From positions 62,001 through 121,210 of the forward strand of contig JYFJ02000586.1 in NCBI GenBank assembly GCA_000934665.2: DNA of 59,210 bases, written 5' to 3'. The stretch is from Catajapyx aquilonaris (Eukaryota). The position numbers were made by a program, and so were the translations under genes. Every line of letters starts with the position of its first letter. Within the stretch, counting starts at the first letter, position 1. Below, one piece after another: positions 24,401-38,102 of the stretch. The notes below the pieces were generated by a model. It did no database searches and had not been told where the DNA came from. It saw nothing but the letters and a program-made list of their open reading frames with translations.

Positions 24401-27400
24401 AGGATGTGATTAATCGAGCCAGGGTAATCGATCAGTCAGCGGAGGGAGCAGACATTGCCGTGAAATATTTCCGAGAAGAGGCCAAAGGAGTGTCAGGGCT
24501 GACTTTTAAAGACGCCATCACATAATTGCCTACTGTTATATATAAAAAAAGAGGAAGCAGACTGATTGAAAACACATCAAGCCCTAGATGAGCTTTTGTG
24601 AGCTGATTCTTTATAATGAACGCTTCTGATGTACCATGTGTTCTCCTTGGAACTAAATATCGGTGATGGATTTCAGAAAGGTAAGTATAGGAAAGTTTTC
24701 TTTCAGAATTGTTATCCAAAGATCCCATATCGGCGCTATTACCTAATTACAACTCTCAGCACCATATAGAAGCCATAAAGAGATCAGCAACCCCCCAACA
24801 TCAAACATGGAGGACGAGCCATGATGACGTCACCACTGTCGCCACATATATCCTCTTCCCCCATACCCCCTCCCCCACACAACTCAGAACCGCCGTCAAT
24901 AATATCCCTGAAACAAACACTGTCGCAGGTACACCCACATGAGGTGAATGCATCTTTGCTTAGCTGCAGCCAGTTTGTTATTTCGTCTAGTTGAGTAGAG
25001 GCCCGCCATCTCCGCCCATGTCAGGATCAATACCCAGCTCACTCCATCCACTCCTATTCCCCCTCCCTACCACCACCACCAGCACCAGCACTACTATTCC
25101 ACCCACCCACCCTCGTGCTATTCCCACTGCACGCCCACTTTCGACTCATACCTGCTTTTCTTTCCACAGTATCTGGCAACTCCCCGTTATTGCTTTTCAA
25201 CCGCCTAACAATCGCCCAACTGCTCAAACCTTCTTCTTCAATTCTCCAGGCATGTCAACGCCGCCTGCACGTCTACCGCCTGCCACTTTCGCACAGAAAC
25301 TCGACTTTTAGTTGGGGTCGGTTACTAAAACCCTTATTAAGAAACTTAAAAAAAAAAAAAAAGTTCCAAGAGGGCTGGTATAAGGAATACGGTATATATA
25401 TTTTAAAAATTTTCTTGAATAGCAGCAGGTCCTTACCAAGGGCCGTAAAGGCTTTTGCAAGATCGCAGCACCATTACAAGGATCATAAAAATCCCGAATG
25501 GTAGCAGGTCCGTTCCCACGCCTAGATATTATCATGGCAGGTCCGTTCCAGAAAATGGGAGGCCAATCATCCCAGTCCATCAGCTCCGGATCGTTTTGCC
25601 TTCTAACCTTATATGCCCCGATGGTCAATTTGAGTTGTTCCCACGCTTCAGCCACGGCCTGCAGCCTTATTCCTTGTTTAACATTCGAGCGGATACTCGT
25701 AATTTGACCCTGTGTGCTATACAGGCAGTTCGGTAGTTAACCTACATTTTCAAAACAGTCCAGCGTTTTAACATAATATGACTATAATTACTGTGCTCTT
25801 CAAACTGTACTAATTTTTTTATACAGTTCATATAACATCACGAGGCCTTGCATTCACATACAGTACTGACCGTTCATACTGTCGCAAAAAGATCTTAGCT
25901 CCGAGTTACTACTCAGGAAAAACCCCTCTTCTGGAGACCAAATTGTGAGTGAGGGACACTGGTCCCAAATCTCATTCCAGACTGCGACCCGGAGGGATTG
26001 ACCGAATAAGATGTGATCAGAAGAAGTACAAGTTCCAATTAATATGTGTCGGAGCGACGTTCCCTGGGATGCCCAGAAAAAAGGACGAGGATAGACTGGA
26101 GGCTCCCAACTCACTTTCCAGGTGGCTAACATGGTTGACAGAAGATAGCAAGGGAGGTGGGGGGTGGGTGGAACTCTGGGAGAAAATCTGGAAGCAGTGC
26201 AGAATGGGGGAAGAGGAGAGACCCAGGGAGTCTTTGGAAACTCGGTCGACTGGAGGTTGAGATCCGAACCCAGCGGCTAAGGGGATTAGTCTCATTAGAG
26301 CAGCAGGAAAGTGAGCTGCTGCCTGCCTTTCTGGTTCTCCCACAAGTTTTCCAACCGCTTCCCTCGGTATAACCTTTAACCTACATATACCCTGTGCATA
26401 TTGCGAGGGCTGCCCGGGATTTAATCATTTTTAGCAAATGCGTATTCTTGAGAGGCCTACTCCGGCAGGGGGGTTATCCCGTCGAGTGAGGCGAAATTGA
26501 CTCAAGCCCTTAGAGGGTTTAGCTCCATCAGGTTAATCCCATTGCGGTGATCAGGATCTGGTCCCAAACAAAACTTTGAGGTACAACGTCAACACTGTCT
26601 AACCTAAACCACCTTGCGGGGTAAGACAAGGATGGAGGTGGCTCTCAAGTCGAGCCCAAATGGAAGACAGTAAGATGCAAGAGAGATATTCTCACTTAAA
26701 CGTAATGAGCAACGGAATCAAGTAAACAGTATTATTTACCGTTTGATTGCCTCATAAATTTTGAAGGGCAAGGTTTAACAATGGCAGATAATATAGTTAT
26801 CAGGTCACAACTTAAGCAGTTGGCACTACTGTAAGGTCTCCTATAATCCCTAATCTCTTCCATTTCTATCCTCGAAGCCGCACAATCACACAGCATGACC
26901 CCAGATTAGACTTTCATCTGTTAATCCTTCCTCGATTTCACTTTGGGACGCTCACTTAATCGCTTATCTTACGGGACTGGAGCGAAGTGATAAAAGCTCG
27001 GGGAAGCAATAAGGACTTTGCGCGTCCCGGGATCTGGCATGCCCATAACTTGACTTAAGCCTCAGCATCTGAAGAAGATTTTACGACGTCGTTGTATCCC
27101 GGTGGAATTTTTAACCTCCAGCAATTTTGTTTCCAAACGTACAAGTTATCGTATAGGGACACGAGGAGTGCCAGCGCAGGATGGGTCTTTGGCGCAGCGG
27201 ACTAAAATAGTCTGGACTGAAAAAGACGAAAACCTCTAATAAACATAGAATAAAAATAAATTTGCAAAAGTGAGGCTGAGCTTGTTCAGCTGACACACAC
27301 CAGACTTCTACAGACAACCGAGTGAAGGCAACACCCTAAAAGAAACAAATTAGCTCATTTTATATTTGTGATAAGTACCCGCCAAAGAACACGTGTAGTG

Positions 27401-30400
27401 TCGCAACCTTTGAATATTTCATTTGAAAAAGCAAGACAGAAGCACACTGGGTATGGAACCCCCGGTGATTTTGCTTTTACCCTTGGATGCAAAGATTGCT
27501 AGCCCGCTATGCAGTCGGACCCTTCTCAATAGAGAACCATCCCGCATGGAGAGAAATGTTGAAAGGATGTAGGAAAAGAGAAAAAAAAAATATCCTTTTG
27601 AGCTTCATACTACCAATCAATCTCGAGGGACAGAAGATCGCTCCGGCGCCTTGTACGCCTTGATCAAGAGGGACACATTTGGCCACTTGTCCCACTGCAT
27701 GAGTATGCACAAAACGGACATGTGTCGCAATGCGCACACACTCACCGTCAAACACAATGAGCGTCTTTTGTGGGCGATGCCCGATGGTCGGGATGGTGTG
27801 TGCGACATGCATTGGAATTCAGGACTTTGAATTCAAAATAGCAGACGGACGGTCGGACCATATCACAGAGTGTGACCAGTACACTATCATTTGTATTCGT
27901 ACTGGACACACTGACCGGCACACTGCAATGCAAGTAATTACCGGCAATTATTAATCACGTTCATCTGCCAATACTGTATGCGTGCATGGTACACTGCGCT
28001 TTAAAAAAAGGAAATTCACCACGACCATATGTGTTTTGTAGCTGAAGGATCAAGCCAGACTTGCAGTAATAATTAGGCATTAACCCGGCAATTTGGCTAT
28101 CAATCGTGGTCCTGATCGGCAAAATGGAAGTAATCATCGGGCAGGAAATGGCGTTGTGACTTGCGGACGACATGAGAGCATTCTAATTTTGATTGATGGC
28201 CAGTGCACGGAGAGAAAGTACGATTTATTTTTGCATGAGGAAATGTAAAGGCTAACAGTGTCAGTTGCCAAAACAAAAAAACCGTCCAGTATAGCAACCG
28301 TCCGATATACACATGGTACCCCCTTCTGCTAGCCTGTCAGCTTATAATTCACCATGATTAAAAGCGCTGGACCATTGATTAATCACCGTCGAATAACGAC
28401 GTTACGAGGTGATTGATCGAGTAGATCAAGATCCTACAATAATCTCCACTGCTTTATGTCTCAGCAATCTTCACTCAGGGCTGAACGAGCTAAAATCAAC
28501 CTCAGGCAATGGAGATTCAACACCACCCTATATAGTAACGTGGTTGGAGATGCAAACTTTTAACATCGCAAAGAAACAAATTCCTCGGGCGTACAAAATC
28601 GCAGAGGGCATGGGCGTATACCTATAGATTGACTTTTTGTGTTGGAGTCTCGGGAGGTAGCGAGGAGCAGCACCAAGAGGTATAGATTGCTGGAATTGAA
28701 TGGAAAACGTTGCTTCCTTCCTGTCGGAGGCGCCGTCCGACTCACACGCCTATCGATTAGGCCATGGAGGCAACCAACCCAGACCTTTCTTGCATTTACT
28801 GCACCTGGATTCTTACCCATGTGTGTGTTCAGGGCTACTGCTCACCCAGTGATTTTTCAAGAAAAAAAATAATCGTGTACTTCATTCTCATGGCCGAAAG
28901 TCACGTATGTGTTAGTTGGACAATTTTGTTCATAAAATGTAGATGGGAAGCTCGTCAGTAGCGGGAGGTATCGGCTCTCTGAGCGTCGCAGTGTCGCACA
29001 TATTTAACACCGCTCGTCAATATTATGGTAATTTTAGAAATAGCTGCGGTTGCAAGTTTTCGCACCTCTCAATTAGGTCGGATGAGTAATTCTTGGCGTC
29101 CGTGGCGAGCTTTATTCCATGGCTGCTGCTGGGGTGGCGGCGGATAAATTAATAAGAGAGGCGGAGGAGAAGAACATTGTAGCATCCACCCTTGCTTTGC
29201 CTTGCTCATGGCTCATCCTCCATGAAAGAAACATGAGGCAGGCGGCCCAAGCGGCGCCCTCCAAAAGCAAATTCCCAGCTACACTATACCTGCCTGCTGC
29301 CATTCTCCACCCCTAACCATTATTGTATTTTAGCCTTTTCCACCAAACTAACACTGGCTGGACTCGCACACAACTAGCCAGGGAATGTTTTCATATTGCC
29401 ACTTGCTTTCATGCACGTACTCATAATGAACAAATTGTTGCAACTTGTACATTTGTTTTGCCTCCCTGCTGCTGCCCATTCCGGAGAAACATGTGTTCGT
29501 GCCGTATTATTTTCCAGTCCAGCCACTGGTGGAATATGGGTCAAGTAATTCAGTAACTGTGCACACTATTCGACAAGAAAAGGGGGGGATCCATACAGGT
29601 AAGGAGTAGTAATCGATTTCTTACCCTCTCCCCACCTCCTCACCCACCGCCCCAACCTTTCGCCGTGGAGGACACTGAAATATTTAACACATTGATTGCG
29701 ACTTTGATGGATTGTCCTCTAGCCAGCCAAGCTAGCCAGCCAGCCAAGCCCCACTAACCTATATACCAGACCAACACATGTGGACTTTCCCAACCCTCCC
29801 GTGACCCATTTCCGACTCCTGAATGCTCTTCACCTCTTTATGGTACTTCCGCGTATTGGCCCCTTCAGTTCAAGCTACACATCCTATGATGGTTATATGC
29901 ACCAGCCCCGTTAATTACCTTAAAGAGGGTTTCAACCGAGCTCATGACTAGGCGCCATTTAGTGCGAAAATCCTCCCTGTTGCAACCATAAACCTTAAGC
30001 AATTTTACACTAAGCCTGGGAAGTAGCAGCAACAACCAAATGGGTCGTGAGGGAAAGAATTCCTGAGGCGAATGGATTGGATAGCGGAAACTGAAGGTGA
30101 GTCAGACTATACTTCGCGTGAGTACAGGGTCGCTCATTTACATACAGTTGGATGGCCTTCCACTCCACCGTTCCTTTTCCGCCACCACCTTCTACTATGC
30201 AACTTTCCTCAAAAAACTTGGCTTTTTCTGCTAAGAGGTGGGGCACCGCACTCTCGCGTAATGCCCTTTACATTATGCAGTTTCATCGCATAAAGGCAGT
30301 GAGCATGCACGTGTAGGTGATAAAGAGGCCAACATTTAGCGCTAAAGGGCAATTAGTAATTAAGTTCCGTGACATATTACACCGTGCAATCGAATAGTGA

Positions 30401-33400
30401 TCGATCCAGTTTGAGCTGGAGATATATCCGTGTGTTCATACAGGCGTGACTATGAATGAGCATCTACAATAGTTGTGATGGCTCCTCGCCACCCAACCGA
30501 TTCTGGACACCAAGTTGACAAATGTTGGCACGACCAGGGTGATGTCAAGCATCGCCTTGAAGCCACGCCCGCCACTTTGCTTATGCAGCGATCTTTCTGG
30601 AAGTCATCCAGGCTTAGAGAATCGAGTCGGAGTTGCCAGTACGTGAGGCACAAAACAATGCTCGACTCGATGGAAAATAAATACGGAGATGTAGCCAGTC
30701 GTAACCGCAAAGTGTTCCGCTACGTCCTCCGGGTCCTGAAATTGGTGCAGGAAAAGAGGAAACCTCCTCCCCCTTTTCGACCCCATGTAGTTACGTATTA
30801 TAGTCGACGCATCCGCCTGGCTTATTCGAGAGACCTTTTCCAGGACGTTGAATCTTGACAAAACCAAGCACTGCTTCCAATCGATATGTCCCACTGAGGA
30901 TTTTCCTCCAAAAAGACGACTATGTGGCTTCCCTATACTGTTACACAGACCACCCTTCCACTTTTTCAGGCTAACCGGTAACTCTCTCACAATAATTGAA
31001 TCGCCACAGAAGAGCTATCATGTTACAGGTCAGATTCTCAAAAGCTACAATTTTGTAAAAAAAAACAAAACAAAGGTGTCTCTCGTCTACACTTATACAA
31101 AGCCTGATTTCTTCGAAATTAGTAATTATTCATATTTTTTTCCTCAGTGTAGTCAGTTCCGCCACTTCAACATGTTCACTAAGCTTACGAGCAAGGACAC
31201 ACTCAAAGAATGGCATATTAACCTGAAGCTAATGAGACAGGCGAGACTTTCTGGCGAAGTTCACAAATGATGAATTGCTAAAAAAGTAACTTTAATCCTC
31301 CCCCATTAATTTCTCCGGCAATGTTTAGCCCTTTTCATTTTTCCCGGTCGTGCAAAGCTTGCCACACCTTCCCTCACCTCCGAAGCAAAAATTTATTTTG
31401 CAAAAAAATGGACAACTCATACTTGGCCAGTGGTCCCAAGAATTATTTAGTCGTGCAGCGGAAATCGCGTCATTTGCGCCCTTCCAGTAACAAACTCGGT
31501 TGCCAGGGGAGACCATGGGGGGAAATGGGGAGAGGCGGTTGTGAGGGAAGGGGGAGGGGGGTGAGAGGGGAGGGGTTATGGAAAATGCCCCCTTCCCGAA
31601 GCCAGAGGGGGTAGACGCCTGCGCAACCTGGATTTTGGACCCAGACTAGTCCCAGTCCCAGTTGGCTCTGGGATTTTAGTGAAGGAACCCGAGTTTGGCC
31701 TCTAAAAGTTGCGTCTGCTGTTTGTAGCCGATAGTATAGTGGTGACCCCTTCCTGTGATTTGTATCTCATCCTGAAAGTTACAAGATTTTTTGTTTCTTT
31801 TTTTTGAAAGGTCTCCCTTTTAAAAAAGGGGGCCTTAAACGAGCAAAGTGCACGTCATGGTTGGAATTCTGTGCTGGATTGGTGCAAAAGTGCGGTGTTC
31901 TGGAGCTTAAATAATGAGGATTCACCCATGAAACCCAGAGAAAAACGAAAGGTAGGCATACATCTTTCAAACTGTCAATTTCCCCATCCACAAACCGACA
32001 TGTATATGCCTCACCCAGAAGCTTCCAAAACCTGTGTGCGTGCAGCAGAGGAATGCATTGATTTTGCCCAATATAATTGAGAAACTGCAAATGTTTCTGA
32101 ATACACCATAGCTGGGTAATGAAGATATTTTGGCATAGTGGTGGTGGCAATGATAAATGTTTCGATATATTCGCACTGCAACATATTTACGTGCAAACAG
32201 TACGCTACAATAAATGCAAACAATCAAGGCTTGCACAAAAGCAAACTATACACAACACACCCATGCATGGAACTATTCGCGCTCAAATGTCAACCTCAGG
32301 TTTAAATGATTATATCATATAGTGCAAAAACTCTACACGTACCAGGTGACAGATCCGCAAGTGTACTATTGATTTAAAGGATTCGCACCGGTCCCACAGG
32401 CCGTATACATTACAGCCAGAAAATATATAGGGCTCGACGCTTCGATGGTCACAAGCGCTTTTGTTTGGCAGGAAAATTAGTTACTTTAAAATACTGGAGC
32501 AAGTGTGACGTTAGTCAAAATTCAGTCGAGCGAAAGCTATAGTTGGGGATGAGCAGAGTCGAGGAAAGAAGCGGCCAATTTGCCAGCGTCAAATGGCACA
32601 AGCTGAGTGAGATAGGTGGAGAAAGGCCAGAAAGGAACAAAAGGACCACTTTAAGTCCCTGGTGGAAGCTTGCCAGGACTCGCCTGCAACTCTCCAGATA
32701 TTAATCCCCCTCCGCTTTTTTCCTGTCTTTAGGAGGAAACTGTGGACAATAAGGAAATCTATGCAACTTGTTTTGCCTTCCTCCGCCTATAACTGAAGCC
32801 CCTCAAAGCATACCAAAAGCTCATTTTTTAAGTCTTCAAATGTACCGTGGGGTTCAGAGAGCAGAATGAATTAGAATTTATGACAAGGAAATTAATTGTG
32901 CCGACGACTCGCTATTGGAAAAGTTATACGGTCAATAATCTGTCACTTTATAAAGTAGGTTATGATTTTTTTTCTTTCTCTTTCGAAGTATCATGCAGCA
33001 TCTCCTGCTCCTTCTCCATTCAGGTATATTATACAAATGAATGTTGTATTCACCAAATAACTACATTTAAACATGTTAACATACTAAAGTGACCTATAAC
33101 TGATTACTCACAAGTCAGTAGGCCTACACTTATATACTATGCTCTTAAATTCATGCAAATGAAACCAAATTTCCGGCCAAACCAGAACAAAGGGGGCATC
33201 TATTCACTGAATAATTATATTCTTTCTGCAAGTTTCGAAAGAGAGAAGTCTGCTCAACTTCAATTGCATGTAATGGTATGACTATAGAGTTATTGTGGGT
33301 GTCATATCTCTAGGAGGAACAAGTAAAAAACACGCAAAATGGGTTGGACAATTTCTAGTGGCAAATGAAGTAAAAATGACTAATACATTAAATGACCTAC

Positions 33401-34122
33401 CTGATTTTATTTAGTAAGAGCGATGTTGACATTCTCTTTCCTGCTCATACTCAGATCAAACACATAGTTTCTAGTAGGCATTGTCAATATAATGGAACAA
33501 ATTCATATGCACCTACTCAAGTGGACAAGTGCATAATAGCGTCATACATGAGGCCATGAGTTGGAGTTGTCTTATTAAGTTATTAAGTGTTATTAAGTTG
33601 GTTGCCTTATTTGCATTTCAAATAGCCCGTGACAAAGTTGCATCGCACTGCAGTAAACTTAGAGTGGAATAAAATATTGTGGCCAACTCATTAAGTCCAA
33701 AATCCTAGAGATTCAAACTCCGAAGAGGGATTTAGTTTGTACAACATTTGCCTTAGTGAATGCAGAAAGTCCTGGCTATATCTGGCGCATTATAATTTTT
33801 TTAGGATCACATGGACTTCACCAGGCGATATGGTATAAATGTTCAACTTACAGTTATATAATACAAATCAATTTCCCCACACAACACCTAGACCTGTAAT
33901 GAACAATAAAAATATATCTTACAGTACGAATTGCAATAACAATATACTAAATGAGCAGTACAATATTAAATTGCTCCAGGAGAAGCGAATACTGTGGGGT
34001 ACCAGTAATGCTTTGATTTCTACACACTTGTACAGAAGCAATAATATGCAAGAAAATAATATTGACTGACTTGACAATACTAATCTACATGTTATTGGAC
34101 AGGTTTAGTGTTGCGTGTTATA

Positions 34123-34495
34123 CAGGGTCATCGAAAAAGAATGTCCCTATTTAAAAACCCTATAACTTGAAAACTTGTAGACATATCTAAATGATTTAAG
34201 TTTGAAAATGCTAATAAATGTCTAAGATTTTGGTCTTACCATAGTTTCTTTCATTATGAGCTCCATTTGTCGCTCGGTAAATGTAAATAATACGGTGATA
34301 ATAATCGGTGTCGTGCCTTACCAGCGCAGCATGTCTGAGGCTACCGTTGAAATTTTTTTCGTAGGTTCTGGAGATGCCGAATCTTTTCAGCATACACGTA
34401 TCTCCACAAAAAAGTCAATCGGGGTACTATCGGAGCTTCTGGGAGGGGCTAGGCATTGGGAAACCTCTCATTCACGACTTGGCCCACTGAGAGGG
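34123..34495 (-). mobile_element. Decayed Tc1/mariner (DDxD, rosa/maT-like) element, 3' half, minus strand
   Basis: Minus-strand frameshifted translation VNERFPNA..PPRSSDSTPIDFF.W.Y..VYAEKIRHLQNLR..VASDML..RHDTDY..RATNGAH matches the WPPRSPDLTPLDFFLWG...RATNGAHIE transposase C-terminus. Terminus TA|CAGGGT at 34121-34128. Confidence 0.8.
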
Positions 34496-34837
34496 TGAAC
34501 AAATGAAACTTTCTTACGGCTGGTTTGTTTCATGGATGAGGCGACTTTTTTATTTGAATCATCAAGAACAATGTGTGGTGTAATGATGCGAGATATCCAG
34601 CACCTACGGGATAGGACTGCAAAGGTAACTCCAGATATGATTGAACGGGTTGAGCACGAGACCGAATACCGTCTTTTTTATCTGCTGAGCGACAATAGAG
34701 CTCATATAGAAATAAACTAAGGTGAGACCGAAACGTTAGACATTTCTGAGCATTTCAAAACTTAAACCATTAATATACGGTATTCTACAGGTCTTCTAGT
34801 AATAATATGCGGATTTAAAACATTTTCGATTACCCTG
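34496..34837 (+). mobile_element. Decayed, internally deleted Tc1/mariner element, 3' portion, plus strand
   Basis: NETFLRLVCFMDEATF (first catalytic Asp motif) runs directly into DFF..IIKNNV..MRDIQHLRDR..KVTPDMIERVEHETEYRL...AHIE; ends ttttcgattaccctg|TA. Confidence 0.8.
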
Positions 34838-37800
34838 TATTGTGTTATGCATAAATGATATTATGTGCGGTACAGGCATAATTATCGTTACAGGTAATGC
34901 TGATATAAGTCATTTATAACTTTTTAAAAATACATTTTGCACTAGGAAGGAAATAACTGATTTCAACGGATATCAATGAAAGAGAAAGTTTTCGTGTAAA
35001 TGCGAGAATTAATTTAGTTTAAACATTTGTCAATGCAGCTACATTTTGTAATAGCAAACAAGAACTACTGTACTACCATAAAACAATTTTTAAATATTAT
35101 ATTTCAACCATATTTCTACCAAAACTTCTCTCTTCCATGTATGGAATAAGTTTTTCCCTGGCATAAATTTGTTAAGTTCTGAAAATAAATCTGTTTTGTG
35201 AATGGCAGGACCTCGGATATTTTTAATCAAATAATTTTAATCAACACTCTTGGTGCACGAAGATGTGTGAAACTTATATGAAAATAACCACACCACCCTT
35301 CGCCATGCAGTCACATTTTTCATTAGTTATGAGTAACCCACGATGTGCGAAAGAAATATCCATGCAGAACAGGCCACGTACCCTCGCAGGCAATATTGTG
35401 AACAACGAGCACAGACCAATATACGAAGCCTTAAACTGAGGGTGGGAGGGCATACCTTAGTAAAAAGTGGCCTGGAAAGAGAGTAAAATGAGTAGGCGCA
35501 GGAAGGCAGGCAGGCAGGCAGCAGGAGCAGGCTCTAGTCAGGGAATCAATATGGGAGGGATGCTTGTCCAAAGAGCCCGCAGCCATTACCAGCAGCGATA
35601 TCGAGCAGTTGGGGGCCATCGCGTCCTCTCCTCCGCCTCCATTACCCCATCATGCGATCATCACCTTTCCCATCCGCAAAATCTACTTCATTTCTACCCT
35701 CACCTCCCTCCACTCCCAAATCACAATTACTATATAACGCCTAGTTTCAGCCCGAGAAATTGCTACCCAGAGAGACGTGGCTGGAGCTACCTAGCACTCT
35801 TCCTTGCTCAGAGGAAAGAGTAGCACCCTGTACAGCCCTTCCTTATAGTTTGAAAAGCAGTAAAAATCTTGCATGGTGTAAACCTACGCCTCTCCTTGTG
35901 GTATAGTCCTCGAAGCATCAAAGTGGAAAATCTCCCGCTGAGGGTCAAGTGGAAGGGTTTCCGTTTTCTTTTCTTTTCTATCTTTTTTTTTTGTATCCTG
36001 GGAGTTACGGATTGGAACACTCTTTTGCCACATGGGATAGTCGTCATGCCAGTAGCTTTTTGGAAGAAGCAGAGGATATGGAAAGACCATTACATTGGGG
36101 GTTTCAGGAGAACCGAAACACTTTACTAAGCAAAATGTATAAAATTTCAAAACTGATTAAGGCAAATTAAAATTAATGTGAACTTTGCTGCTTCCTAAGC
36201 TTTCTAAAGCGAGCATTACACCACATAAATTATCAAGTAGACGAGCAACTCGCGATTTATATGCACCTCAGACTCAAATGTCTAGCTGGACTCTGAGCGT
36301 AGGCAATTTGAAGAGTTGCTCTGCTAAGTCTCAGATACGGGATCCGGACCAAATTGTTGTATAGATTACACAATGCGTATTAAATATATGCGGTGTAATG
36401 CCCCTTTGAGGGATATGAACTTTATCTGAGGATCTGTGCGTGTCGAATGTACTCGAACGCTTTGTACCAAAATTATTAGACTTGGGCTATTTGTGCCAGA
36501 CAAAGATAGTAGTCTATTGCTTGTGTGTCACATAAAAGGGTTCTGTACATATGTGGGATCCAAATCTACATAACTATACACGTAAATGATTCCTCCCTGT
36601 TTCCGGTACGGTAATGGATACTGCATATGCAAAGTAGTATTAATCGTTATAAAATAAGAATTAATGCGGTGTACGAATCTTTTCACTGATTCGTGAGTAG
36701 GATTATGCAGTTCCTATTTATGGAGACATACCAGAAAGGCAGCTTGCGATTAATACTACAATGCAGACTTTTTAAAACCCGACGAACAATTAACCTCGTT
36801 TGGTTCGCTGACAGTAAATGAGCCCAAATTAGCATCACACTGAATTGATACGGCCCGTGACAAACGGATAAAGTTACTTATTAACAATCATGTGTGAGTA
36901 AAGTTACCATTGTGCTGGAGTTATTGATGAGCATGTCGCCTTTGGAAATGTAGGAGGAAGGGAGAAGTGATTGGTTCAGCTATTGTCTAGTACATCATAA
37001 AATCCCATGACAGTTCGGGCAATTCCACACAGCCCCGAATGTTATTATTGTGCAAAAGCGATAACGCGTAACGAATGTAATCTTCTTTGTAAATCAATGA
37101 GCTATACATCCTAGTGTGCGCTAGTATATACAGCTGAAAATACGCGGTCATATTAACGCAGCAAAATTATAGAAATAAATTCAATATTTATTCACCTGTA
37201 ATACACACCAATATGCAGGTTTTATGTAAATCCAGACCATTTTCTTACGTAAAATTCTGAACCACATCTTGGCTATAATTTTGGGGTCTGCAGATGACTT
37301 CTATACACGTCCATATGCAGAGGTATCGCCTGAACGATGCCAAGCTTTGCACTTTCGTTCGTAATTTAAATGATGGGAACCAGTACTATATAATTTGAAG
37401 CTATAGCAAGTCCAACCTCAAACTTTTGAGGGCAAAAACTGGGCGGAATACCAGAGAGCTTCATTTAGGCTGCAGAGATAGGAAAGCGCGCGCGAAGTCT
37501 TCCTTTCCTCCTCATAAAGCACAGTTTGGGTACAGGAGAAATTCTGAAATCTCTTCCTTATCACCTCCTTCTCCCCATCCCCGCCCTCCTCCTATGTGCC
37601 AAAGAGATTAGTCTGGCACAACAGATGCTCCCGCATCCAAGCGCAAACACAGCCACGAGAATTCCAACCCTTAGTTGCCTGATGGCCCTCGCACATTTAG
37701 CGCCACATCCCAACTTACGGCTCCCATTACGTCATTACAGTTATTTTTCCGCGTCAATTAAGTACTTAAATACCACATGCCTGATCCATAATCAGTTAGT

Positions 37801-37869
37801 GAGGCACTTGGGACGAAAAAATTATGTTTAAAACAATGCCATATATTACCTTAAAGGAGACTGCCCTAT

Positions 37870-38102
37870 ACGGAATATGATCACAGTGGTAACGCCAGAC
37901 ATGCCTGAGCGGGTTTGTCACGACACCGATTACCGTATTAAAATTTTTCGAGCGACAAATGGAGCTCATATCGAAACAAATTATGGTAAGGCCAAAACGT
38001 TAGACACTTCTAAGCATTTCAAAACTTAAGTCATTAAGATATGTCTACAATTTTTCGAGTTATAGAGTTTTCAAATTGGGACATTCTTTTTAGATCACCC
38101 TG
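37870..38102 (+). mobile_element. Third 3'-end fragment of the same mariner-like family
   Basis: VVTPDMPERVCHDTDYRIKIFRATNGAHIET followed by the terminal sequence ...tagatcaccctg|TA; colinear with the reverse complement of 34123-34345. Left boundary approximate. Confidence 0.82.

Noticed and set aside
30475..30858. 127-aa ORF as a gene or transposase fragment
   Set aside because: No recognisable motif, splice context or flanking repeats; length is within chance expectation for 59 kb.
34256..34498. Plus-strand transposase N-terminal-like reading (SEATVE...KKSI...LGIGK)
   Set aside because: The same bases translate much better on the minus strand as the transposase C-terminus.
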